Source: Hadesarchaea archaeon
GTDB lineage: Archaea > Hadarchaeota > Hadarchaeia > Hadarchaeales > Hadarchaeaceae
Length of the DNA stretch: 64,000 nt
Direction of reading: 5' to 3'
Assembly: GCA_029259175.1 (NCBI GenBank)
Contig: JAPDJH010000018.1
Location: 1 to 64,000, forward strand
Shown here: one piece after another, positions 39,846 through 48,259 of the stretch
How positions within the stretch are numbered: position 1 is the stretch's first letter
Layout: each line of letters starts with the position of its first letter
Made by a program: the position numbers and the translations under genes
The notes under the pieces: model-generated
Databases searched by the model: none
Told to the model about the DNA's origin: nothing
The model's input: the letters and a program-made list of their open reading frames with translations, nothing else

Positions 39846-39927
39846 GCTGACCTAGGATAAAGCCGTCAGAGAAAGGTCTACCCGGACTCCATGCAAGTCG
39901 CAAGGATTTGAGCCGGGTTTTGCTAGC

Positions 39928-40320
39928 TTATCCAAATCTCGGTTTCAAAATCTGAAAGTAAATGAGGGCGGGAAGGCCCCACGTGATGAACCACCATCCA
40001 CAAGAGACTAACATGCCCCCCACACTCTCGCCGAACTGCCCACCCAGCAAGTCCCGCAGCCATTCAGGCTTCGCATAGAGGTACTCCATAAAAAGCATCC
40101 CCGTGAGCAAAGAAAGAATTCCCATCCGCTTGGGGGTCAGCTCACTTAAGAAGAAAACGGCGCAACCAATAAGATTGAACACCACATAGTCTCTCACGAC
40201 TCCGCTCACCGTTTTCTCTTCAGGAACGGGAATAAGCATCTCCAGCGGAACGTTAAAAAGCAACGCTGTGAGCATAAAAATTCCTAGAATTGCGAAGAGT
40301 TTTTCCGCCGATTTCAACAT
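39928..40320 (-). CDS. Hypothetical membrane protein
   Basis: About 4 hydrophobic segments in 130 aa. Confidence 0.7.
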   Translation of the reverse strand: MLKSAEKLFAILGIFMLTALLFNVPLEMLIPVPEEKTVSGVVRDYVVFNLIGCAVFFLSELTPKRMGILSLLTGMLFMEYLYAKPEWLRDLLGGQFGESVGGMLVSCGWWFITWGLPALIYFQILKPRFG

Positions 40321-40484
40321 TTCTGCCCCCGTTGTTTTTCGATTTTTGCTCTATTAACCTCACTCTCGTGCTGGTGGCGACTTGGCTCAGTGCCACAGAC
40401 CTCCCAAACACCTCGGGATTTCTGAATCCGGACCAACAAGCCAGAGCTGAACTAGCGAAAGTGGGTTCGGCTGTTTCTCGTGAG

Positions 40485-40736
40485 TCATCTGCGATAGGTC
40501 TTCTTTCTGTGCCTCACGTACTGGATCTCAACCTCATTCTCACTCTTTATTTTGTAAATAATTCTGTAATCTCCGGCTCGCAGTTTCCAATATCCCTCCC
40601 AATCGCCATGGAGCTTGTGCCCTGCCCGGATATCATCGAAAAGTTCATCAATTGCGACTTCTATTCTATAACGAACACTTTTTGGAAGCTTTTTTATGTC
40701 TCGCATTGCCCTTCGCGTAAACGTGATTTTTATCAT
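40485..40736 (-). CDS. RelE/ParE-family toxin
   Basis: KLHG...WKLRAGDYRIIY...VRHRKKTY. Confidence 0.9.
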   Translation of the reverse strand: MIKITFTRRAMRDIKKLPKSVRYRIEVAIDELFDDIRAGHKLHGDWEGYWKLRAGDYRIIYKIKSENEVEIQYVRHRKKTYRR

Positions 40737-40755
40737 CCAAAATCAACCTGAAATT

Positions 40756-41043
40756 CTATTTGCCTCGTTTCAGCCGTGGGGGCGGGTGACCGAAGACCTC
40801 CTCATAGCTGTAAACCCTGCCGGCAGAAGAATCGGCTTGGGCCTCCCTGAGCGCTCGTAGTGCTCCGGGGTCTGCCATTTCCTCGAGCGTTGCCATTATG
40901 CTGTTGTACTCCCGAACTCCGATCACCACTGCCACCGGCTTTCCTTTTCTACTGACAACTATTTGATTCCCTTTCTCTGCCTGACGGAGAAGCTTCGGGA
41001 GATTCCGGTGGGCCTCTTTCACTCCTACAAGGTGTCTAACCAT
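40756..41043 (-). CDS. Phd/YefM-family antitoxin
   Basis: VGVKEAHRNLPKLL...IVVSRKGKPVAVV; immediately upstream of the toxin. Confidence 0.9.
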   Translation of the reverse strand: MVRHLVGVKEAHRNLPKLLRQAEKGNQIVVSRKGKPVAVVIGVREYNSIMATLEEMADPGALRALREAQADSSAGRVYSYEEVFGHPPPRLKRGK

Positions 41044-41125
41044 GAATACCTCTGTTCAACTATCTGTCGTTCTTGCATTTATAGGTTTGTACCTCGGTTT
41101 TAACCTTGAGACATACTTCAAAAAA

Positions 41126-41160
41126 TGATGGGCCGCCAAGATTTGAACCCGTATTTACGG
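41126..41160 (-). repeat. Degenerate copy of the tRNA-Trp 3' end (att-like scar)
   Basis: tgatgggccgccaagatttgaacccgtatttacgg versus tggtggggccgccaggatttgaacccgggtttgcgg. Confidence 0.75.
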
Positions 41161-41238
41161 AATCTTCAAAAACGGCTCGCGTTCAAAAGTTTGACCTCAA
41201 GTGATAAAAGCCGCGGCCGAGAAAGTGTGGTGAGAAAC

Positions 41239-41554
41239 ATGAAGAGCCCCACCAAAAAAAACACTGGCAGAGATAATCTCCATTTTAAGAAACCACAAGG
41301 CTGAACTGAGGGAAAAGTACAGGATCAAAGAAATCGGTGTTTTTGGCTCCTATGTGCGGGGGGAAGCGGAGCACACGAGCGATGTCGATATCTTGGTCGA
41401 ATTTGAAGAAAACGCCGATGTTGGACTCATCAAGTTCGTGAAAATTGAAAACTACCTAAGCGACCTGCTCGGGATCAAGGTGGACTTGGTGGAAAAGAGC
41501 GCCCTAAAGCCCAAGATCGGCGCACACGTCGTGCAAGAGGTGATTCACGCTTGA
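41239..41554 (+). pseudogene. Minimal nucleotidyltransferase (MNT antitoxin), frameshifted in an A8 run
   Basis: GVFGSYVRGE...SDVDILVEF...KVDLV; ATG 41239 is one base out of frame across A8 at 41254-41261. Confidence 0.8.
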
Positions 41555-41636
41555 AACGGGAAATCGAAGATTATCTCCGCGACATTCTCAACGCAATGGA
41601 AAAGCAAGCGAGTTCACCGCAGGGATGAGTTGCGAA
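41551..41636 (+). pseudogene. N-terminal remnant of a HEPN/DUF86 toxin
   Basis: MKREIEDYLRDILNAMEK then shifted ASEFTAGMS; rest missing; overlaps the MNT stop. Confidence 0.7.
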
Positions 41637-41674
41637 CACTCAAAAACACAAATTTAAGGAAAGTGTTCCAAGTA

Positions 41675-41884
41675 ATGATGGGAAAACACATGGCCGAATC
41701 CCTAACTCTTCAAGATCTCCAAGAAGAGATAATAAAGCTCAAAGCGGAAATTGAGAAGATAAAACGTGACTTGATTGAAAATCTCGAGCTATCTGATTGG
41801 GCAAAGAAACGCTTGAAGAGATATGAAAAAGGGAAGGAGCGGATCGTGGAGCATGAAGAAGTAAGGAGAGAAATCCTCAAATGA
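41675..41884 (+). CDS. Putative antitoxin (small, charged)
   Basis: ATGA overlap with the RelE-like gene; C-terminal EHEEVRREI. Confidence 0.6.
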   Translation: MMGKHMAESLTLQDLQEEIIKLKAEIEKIKRDLIENLELSDWAKKRLKRYEKGKERIVEHEEVRREILK

Positions 41885-42137
41885 GCTTTATCATCAAGTG
41901 GACCTCCGGTGCCAGAAAGACATTTTGAGCCTGGACAAAGAAGTCGCTAGGCGGATTCTGAGAAAAATTGAATCGATAACCGATTCCCCTTTTCGTTTTC
42001 TTGAACCGCTTCGGGGCCACCCGTACTACAAGCTCAGAGTCGGAGACTACAGGGTGATTTTTGACGTCAACAGGGAGAAGAGGATTCTGATCGTAGTGGT
42101 GGTAGGACATCGAAAGAAGATTTATCGAGGACTTTAA
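41881..42137 (+). pseudogene. RelE/ParE-family toxin with an N-terminal frameshift
   Basis: ATG 41881 MSFIIKWTSGA is out of frame with KDILSLDKEV...YKLRVGDYRVIF...VGHRKKIY. Confidence 0.75.
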
Positions 42138-42257
42138 TCTCGGATCACTATCTAAACGCGCCGCTTGGATAGATCACATTAAATTAACAGTTCGAGTGGT
42201 GGGGCCGCCTACCATCTGGAATGCTCAACTGTCTCCCCGCAATCAGTCGGGCCAAGG

Positions 42258-42575
42258 ATGGAAGAAGAGGTCATCGAGGGCATCAGGGACATTCTGGAAC
42301 GGCTGGCGAGGAACGAGTCCTTCAACCGGCTGGTACGGGAGTACTTCCGCATCTTGGCCCAGCCAGCGCTGAGGCGCGAACTCAAGGCCTCCAGAGCGTT
42401 CGAGGGATTCTCGGACGTCACGTGGTTCGCCCACCGGCTGGGCAGGTGGCGGACCAAGGGGGCGCGGGAGTGCCTGTCGCTACTCAGGCGGATCCACGAG
42501 AGCGTGAGGCGATTCGGCGTCGTCACGACGATGGATGCGCTGATGGAGGTGATGAGAAAGACAGAGCTGAGATAA
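42258..42575 (+). CDS. Hypothetical protein (GC-rich)
   Basis: ATG preceded by AAGG; codon usage unlike the neighbouring AT-rich genes. Confidence 0.55.
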   Translation: MEEEVIEGIRDILERLARNESFNRLVREYFRILAQPALRRELKASRAFEGFSDVTWFAHRLGRWRTKGARECLSLLRRIHESVRRFGVVTTMDALMEVMRKTELR

Positions 42576-42613
42576 GCGCTGTCAATTTATTACCTAACGC
42601 ACAATATGAGAAT

Positions 42614-43426
42614 TTGGTGAAGTATGTGAAAGAGAAAATTAGTGGACTTTTGAGAAAGTTTGAGAGCATAAAAGCAAACGTTTGGCAGGTTTACGGGACA
42701 TTGGAAGAACTTGGAAAATTGCGAATCAGAGCCCAACAATCTTTGGATAGACACTATCTCATGGACGAGATAGAAAAACTGGAAAAAGCAAAAGTAAAAG
42801 AAACCCAGATGATCTTGGAGGAATACCATAGTACCTCTTCAGATGTTTACAGTCTTCTCAACATGTCTCTTTCTTATTTCTCCCCTCCTAAAACAACAGA
42901 GGAGGCAAAGGGGATATTGCGTCGAATCGCGATAGAATGTGATGCCCTAATAGGTGCCCTAAATGTGTTAATTACGCCGCTCTCGCCTGAAGAGGTTGAC
43001 CGACTTAATCAATTACGTTCCGAGGTCAAAAAACTATCCAGCAAACTTGAGATAGGCTATGAGAAAAACTTGAATGAGGCAATAAACGAGTATGAGAAAG
43101 GACATTATTTGGCATCTGCGCTTATCACAGGCAGAGTAATCATCTACATTCTAGACCAAGTTGAGGGGGGAACTGAAGAAGAGAAGATTAAATTTCTGCA
43201 AGATCACAACGTGATTCCTAGAGGGAGAAAAGATATTAAGGAGTTTATAATGAAAGCCAGCCGAAAGGCGCGTCATTTCTTTGCTCATGATATAAAAATT
43301 TTTGCCACGGCTTCCGATGCTTTGAGCCTCCTAGGTGATTGTGTAAAGCTAGTGGAGATACTGGCTAAGTTAAAAAACTCTTCTCAAAAAACAAGCCTGC
43401 AATATCGTCACATGTTTAAGAGATAA
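42614..43426 (+). CDS. Coiled-coil protein with C-terminal HEPN-like domain
   Basis: LNEAINEYEKGHYLASAL..GR and Rx4H motif RHFFAH; start uncertain. Confidence 0.6.
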   Translation: MVKYVKEKISGLLRKFESIKANVWQVYGTLEELGKLRIRAQQSLDRHYLMDEIEKLEKAKVKETQMILEEYHSTSSDVYSLLNMSLSYFSPPKTTEEAKGILRRIAIECDALIGALNVLITPLSPEEVDRLNQLRSEVKKLSSKLEIGYEKNLNEAINEYEKGHYLASALITGRVIIYILDQVEGGTEEEKIKFLQDHNVIPRGRKDIKEFIMKASRKARHFFAHDIKIFATASDALSLLGDCVKLVEILAKLKNSSQKTSLQYRHMFKR

Positions 43427-43445
43427 AAGTGAAAAGAGTTTGGAC

Positions 43446-44450
43446 ATGACAGCAAACAAATTACATTATGAGTGTAAGCATGGCGTGAAGATCTATAACA
43501 GTGATGTGCTAGATGTCTACGAAGAGTGGGAGAGCCCAGATGTGATAATATCGGATGGACCGTATGGTTTGAATGCTTTCTATGGTGATTGCAAGGTACC
43601 AGATGAACTTCCAGCTTGGTATGAACCCCATATAAAAGTTTGGTCTGAAAAAGCTAGGCCGGGCGCTACTCTATGGTTTTGGAATAGTGAAATAGGATGG
43701 GCGTTAGTACATCCTGTTCTAGTGAAGCATGGTTGGACTTATGTTCGCTTTAATGTCTGGGATAAGAGTATAGCACACGTAGCTGGAAACACCAACACAA
43801 AAAAATTGAGGGAGTTCCCCTGCGTCACAGAAGCATGTGTTCAGTATGTAAAGGAGGCAAAAATAGGAAATAAAACGCTTAAGGAATGGCTAAGGAGCGA
43901 ATGGGAAAGAACTGGACTTCCACTCTATGAAGCTAATAAGGCGGCGGGTGTAGCCAACGCTGCAACTAGAAAGTGGTTGACTAAAGATCATCTTTGGTAT
44001 ACTCCACCACCAGAACAGTTTGAAAAGTTAGTAGAATACGCTAACGCTCATGGTAGGTCTACAGGAAGACCATATTTTTCGATAGACGGCAAGAAGCCAA
44101 TTACAAAAGAAGAATATGCGAGATTGTTGCCTAAATTCCATTGTAAAGTGGGAATAACCAACGTCTGGAAAGAGCCACCACTTCATGGTCCTGAGAGGAT
44201 AAAAATAAAAAAAGGAGGAAAGTCTGCACATCTAAATCAAAAACCATTAAAGCTTATGAGACTCATTATTGAAGCCTCTTCAGATAGAGGCGATGTAATT
44301 TGGGAACCATTTGGTGGCCTATGTTCGGCCACTGTGGCTGCCCATCAATTAGGTCGTAAATGTTATGCTGCTGAGATAGAAAAAGAATTTTTCGAAATGG
44401 CTATTAATCGTCTAAAATGTATATGTTCGGAGGGGTCTTTGCGTGTCTGA
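43446..44450 (+). CDS. Type II DNA methyltransferase (beta arrangement)
   Basis: IISDGPYG, HLNQKPLKLM, WEPFGGLCS. Confidence 0.88.
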   Translation: MTANKLHYECKHGVKIYNSDVLDVYEEWESPDVIISDGPYGLNAFYGDCKVPDELPAWYEPHIKVWSEKARPGATLWFWNSEIGWALVHPVLVKHGWTYVRFNVWDKSIAHVAGNTNTKKLREFPCVTEACVQYVKEAKIGNKTLKEWLRSEWERTGLPLYEANKAAGVANAATRKWLTKDHLWYTPPPEQFEKLVEYANAHGRSTGRPYFSIDGKKPITKEEYARLLPKFHCKVGITNVWKEPPLHGPERIKIKKGGKSAHLNQKPLKLMRLIIEASSDRGDVIWEPFGGLCSATVAAHQLGRKCYAAEIEKEFFEMAINRLKCICSEGSLRV

Positions 44451-45252
44451 GAAAGAGCCCCAACTTAGGGAACCGTCCAAAGAATGGCCCCACTACGAGT
44501 TGTGGATGAGAACCAGAAATTTGCTAAAAGAATTGCCTACGTATTTTAAAAGCACATTGAATATAACATCTGCCGTTAATGTAACTGAAATATATGCCTT
44601 CGGCACAGCTCTTAGCTATACGATTGAGGAAGAGGTTGTGAACACTCTCAACAAGGAAAAAGAACTGCTAGATCCTGATGGAAAATATTGTGAATACTCC
44701 TTTACTAGACAGGCACAATCATTCCCCGATGTGTTATTTCTAAATTCAGAAAAAGGTGACATAATAATGGGAATAGAGCTAAAATCGTGGTATCTCTTGG
44801 CGAAAGAGGGTGAACCGAGTTTTCGTTATAAAGTCACGCCTAGCGCGTGCGCCTTACAAGACTTGTTAGTTGTGGTACCTTGGGCCCTATCCAACGTGGT
44901 AACCGGGAATCCTATAGTTTTTGAACCATTCGTAATATCTGCTAGATATGCGGCGGAATATCGAAATTATTGGTGGAAGCACTTGAGAAAGGCAGAGGGC
45001 AACACGGATATTTCCTCGCCCGACGGAGTCAGTTCTTATCCTTCTAGCCGTGAAAGGATAGACGATGAACCTGCTTATGATCCTGGTAGAAACTTTGGAA
45101 GATTAGCAAGGACAGAAATTATGGATAAATGGGTAAAGAGATGTAAAAAGGAAAAACTACTCGGAATAGAGATAGAAAAATGGATTGAATTCTTCAAAAC
45201 GGGTAAAATCAGACATAAGGAAATTTGTGAAAAACGGCTGAAGTCATCATAG
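44443..45252 (+). CDS. Putative cognate Type II restriction endonuclease
   Basis: FPDVL...GIELKSW PD-(D/E)xK pattern; 8-nt overlap with the MTase. Confidence 0.7.
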   Translation: MSEKEPQLREPSKEWPHYELWMRTRNLLKELPTYFKSTLNITSAVNVTEIYAFGTALSYTIEEEVVNTLNKEKELLDPDGKYCEYSFTRQAQSFPDVLFLNSEKGDIIMGIELKSWYLLAKEGEPSFRYKVTPSACALQDLLVVVPWALSNVVTGNPIVFEPFVISARYAAEYRNYWWKHLRKAEGNTDISSPDGVSSYPSSRERIDDEPAYDPGRNFGRLARTEIMDKWVKRCKKEKLLGIEIEKWIEFFKTGKIRHKEICEKRLKSS

Positions 45253-45261
45253 CACCTGCTC

Positions 45262-46707
45262 TTAGGGGCCCCCTGTTTCAGTCTCCTTTGTCCAACATTG
45301 TACTTTCATGACAATTAGGACAAGAATTATGCTAGCGATTGAGAGGATAGATATCGAAGGACCAATTATGAAACCAATCCCACCATAAAAAAATATGAAA
45401 AATAAGCCGATCAACCCGGATGTACTCACCACGCCGATCATATTACGGAACTGTCTATTTTCCATAAATTGTATCCCGCAGATACAACATCTAATTCCTC
45501 TTTCGGCAAAAAATATCAAAGACATCATAACAAAGATTGCCCAAATATTTTTGTCCAAGTTTTGTAGAAGAGCCAAAATTATATAAAGACCAGAAGTGAT
45601 GGTTGCAACATAAATAAAAGTGAGAATGCCTAGAAGAGCGGAAGATATAGATTTTGATGTAAGTTTATACTGAAAAATTTGCAAGATTGCGCGCTTTGCT
45701 GTTTCCTTTTCTTTTGGGAAGAAAATTGATAAAACCACATAAAAGAGAAGTAAAAATACAAACCAAACCAAAATGTTAGTGATGAGGACCTTGAAAGACG
45801 ATAAGAAAGTAAACTCGCTTAGAAAAACATTTTCGTAACTCGTTTTACCTGCGGTTACTTTAACTACCTTCTCGGCTCGATATCCAATCATTCCCCCCGA
45901 TTCAATGATTATTTTGTATTCGCCTTCACCCAGATTGAAAACGCACGCACCGTTCTCATCAGTCAAGAATGGTGCCGAACTCCGCGTTCTCACCACACGT
46001 ACTCGTGCGTTTGGCACAGGTTCGTTTTCCTTTCTAACACTGATGATTAACTTGCCGGTTCTCTTTACGTACCGAGTGGTAACATCATGTGCTGTGCCAG
46101 AGTCGTCAACGGCGTATACGAAAAAGAGTTGTTCTCCTCCTCCATTTTCATTCTCTGGACGCTCGTAAAATGCAGGATCGTTAATAATGCCTCTCTTCCC
46201 AGTTGCTGGATTAGTTTTGCTTGGGTCAACATGTATCCAATCTCCATTAATTTTTACCTCAGCCCAAGCATGATCCAGACCCAAATTGTACACAACCCGG
46301 GCATTATCTATGCCTGCTGTTTTTGCCAATTCTACGAACAGCCTTGCAAACTCTTCACATGCGCCGTGTTTGAAGAACATTATCCATTGTGGATGCATAA
46401 GTCGAAGGTACGTGACAGGGATCCTATCTAATAGAAAATATAGCGGCGGTATGGAGCTATGCGGACGCTTGTAAATGATTTTCCCCTCAAAATTTCTATC
46501 CTCCCACTCAATAATCGCATTGATAATGGACAAATGATTCGAATTCTTGCTACCGATTTCAGTCCCGACTTTTTGTATTTCCGCCTCTCCCAATATTTGG
46601 ACGACAAAGTAGGGAAGCCAGAAGGTAGATAGAACGGTTAGTAATAGAAGCGCTGTCGCTAGATAGGTCTTGAACTTTTTCCACTTTCTTTCTGTGTTTG
46701 ATGGCAT
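45262..46707 (-). CDS. Membrane protein with transglutaminase-like (Cys-His-Asp) domain
   Basis: GACEEFA, DHAWAEV, WIHVDPS; beta-sandwich linker; N-terminal and several C-terminal TMs. Confidence 0.8.
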   Translation of the reverse strand: MPSNTERKWKKFKTYLATALLLLTVLSTFWLPYFVVQILGEAEIQKVGTEIGSKNSNHLSIINAIIEWEDRNFEGKIIYKRPHSSIPPLYFLLDRIPVTYLRLMHPQWIMFFKHGACEEFARLFVELAKTAGIDNARVVYNLGLDHAWAEVKINGDWIHVDPSKTNPATGKRGIINDPAFYERPENENGGGEQLFFVYAVDDSGTAHDVTTRYVKRTGKLIISVRKENEPVPNARVRVVRTRSSAPFLTDENGACVFNLGEGEYKIIIESGGMIGYRAEKVVKVTAGKTSYENVFLSEFTFLSSFKVLITNILVWFVFLLLFYVVLSIFFPKEKETAKRAILQIFQYKLTSKSISSALLGILTFIYVATITSGLYIILALLQNLDKNIWAIFVMMSLIFFAERGIRCCICGIQFMENRQFRNMIGVVSTSGLIGLFFIFFYGGIGFIIGPSISILSIASIILVLIVMKVQCWTKETETGGP

Positions 46708-46903
46708 GTCCCACCAATTGTATCGTTTTTCATTTAGTTAGAAGAATGTAACTCCGCAATTATCACGAAGCATTTTTAGAATGCAACGTGTTCTCTCATT
46801 TTTATCAACGATGATCCTCCACCAGCCTGCTCATCAGCTCGTCCACCACTGTACACGGCATCTTCGTAATTCAGCGACACGGTAGACCATTGAGCAATCC
46901 GAA

Positions 46904-47037
46904 TGGTGGGGCCGCCAGGATTTGAACCCGGGTTTGCGGGTCTCACCGCGCCAGTGGGTCATCATCTCCACATCAGCAGACCCACAATCTCTCGGCCCAC
47001 TGGAGCCCGCCGTGATACCAGGCTACACTACGGCCCC
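46904..47037 (-). tRNA. tRNA-Trp(CCA) with a 58-nt intron at 37/38 and encoded CCA end
   Basis: GGGGCCG acceptor stem, GCGGG/CCCGC anticodon stem, CCA anticodon at 47003-47001, GGTTCAAATCC T arm. Confidence 0.93.
46942..46999 (-). ncRNA. tRNA-Trp intron with box C/D guide features
   Basis: CUGA and AUGAUGA boxes; two guide segments complementary to the anticodon arm. Confidence 0.75.
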
Positions 47038-47073
47038 ACCAACGCTATTTACTCTCGGTCAAGTTATTAAACT

Positions 47074-48258
47074 TCACCAGCTCGGGCCGAAGATGAAGAG
47101 AACAGCGAAGATGATGACGAAAACTCCAACCCCCATGATTCTCCACAGGATGTGGGGCTTCGGCTTCTCCTCGATCTCGTAGTAGTGCTCCTGCTCCATC
47201 ATGCCCATCATGCCTTCAGTAGCAACCAGACCCACTGCTCCCTCGGGGGGTGCGAAGATCTCATATGGTTTTTGTTCCTTGGTCTTCTGCCTCCACCAGT
47301 AGTAGATGGCCCCTATAATCGACCACGGCACCGCAATCACGAAGAAGAGGTATGGAATGAGACCGAGCGAGCTGATCGCCGGTACGGTGTAGCTGGTGCT
47401 CACTTCAGCATTGTACATGTTCATGTTCCACAGGATGATAGCTATACAAGAGTAGACCGTGAAAGCGTTCCAGTAGGGGTTCGCCGCGCTGACCAGATAC
47501 AGTCCGCTGGTGCGGTGTTTGGTGATGGGCCAGAAAAGATTGTTCCCCAAGTGCCCGAAAGAGTCCAGCACGATGTGCATGAACCAGCCAAGAAAGATGA
47601 CGGCGCCCAGCTGCCACATTCCGGAAATCAGCCAGCCGAGCAGGGCGAAAACTATTCCGAGGGTCAGACTGTGGGCCCACTGGCGGTGGAAAGGTATGAA
47701 AACAACCTCAACTGCTCCGTCCTTTCGTTTCAGGAACCCGAACGATGGCCCGCTGAAACCTTTGATCTCGGTGGGTCTGCCATACGTCTCTATCAGTTTG
47801 GGTTTGAACTTGGCCACGCCAACCGCCTTTTCGGCTGGGGGTTCGGTGCCAAACACTGGCACGCCGGACATGGTCACGTGGGGGCCCACGCGCACCTCGA
47901 CCTGTTTCTGAGCCTTGTTGAAGTTGATTGCGTACGACTGCCAGAGATCTGGTCCTATCTTCAGGGTGTGGAGCTTGACCTTCCGCATCTGCCCGGGCTG
48001 GAGATTGGCTGCCGCATCGATTTCGGCCGCTATTTTTTCTGCGATTTCTTGCGGGCGCATGTCGTACGGATTAGGATCGATTACTGTGTGGTGTTGCTCC
48101 ATGTAAACGGCAAATTTGAAGTCCAGCGTGTCGGGGAGCAATCCGAAAATTCCGCCGAGCACGATGAGCCACCAGTCCTCCAGCAGGGCGCCCACCATCA
48201 GACTCTTGAAAAACGTCGCGACCGTGATTCCCATTATGAAGTGAGTCACCCCGCGCAT
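47074..48258 (-). CDS. Membrane-bound metal-dependent hydrolase (YdjM-like) with a soluble insertion
   Basis: MRGVTH, GLLPDTLD, HRQWAHSL, HIVLDSFG, LFWP. Confidence 0.8.
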   Translation of the reverse strand: MRGVTHFIMGITVATFFKSLMVGALLEDWWLIVLGGIFGLLPDTLDFKFAVYMEQHHTVIDPNPYDMRPQEIAEKIAAEIDAAANLQPGQMRKVKLHTLKIGPDLWQSYAINFNKAQKQVEVRVGPHVTMSGVPVFGTEPPAEKAVGVAKFKPKLIETYGRPTEIKGFSGPSFGFLKRKDGAVEVVFIPFHRQWAHSLTLGIVFALLGWLISGMWQLGAVIFLGWFMHIVLDSFGHLGNNLFWPITKHRTSGLYLVSAANPYWNAFTVYSCIAIILWNMNMYNAEVSTSYTVPAISSLGLIPYLFFVIAVPWSIIGAIYYWWRQKTKEQKPYEIFAPPEGAVGLVATEGMMGMMEQEHYYEIEEKPKPHILWRIMGVGVFVIIFAVLFIFGPSW

Positions 48259-48259
48259 C

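Larger units (their letters stand above)
42197..46916. mobile_element. Island bounded by a 13-bp direct repeat of the tRNA-Trp 3' end; no integrase seen
   Basis: TGGTGGGGCCGCC at 42197-42209 and 46904-46916; most of the cargo is AT-richer than the flanks. Confidence 0.75.

Noticed and set aside
39806-41160. Additional functional tRNA genes
   Set aside because: Only mismatched 3' halves are present, with no D arm or 5' acceptor strand.
42221-42613. N-terminal 130 aa of the 401-aa ORF
   Set aside because: It overlaps the more plausible 42258-42575 ORF in another frame and crosses a sharp GC-to-AT boundary; probably a chance extension.
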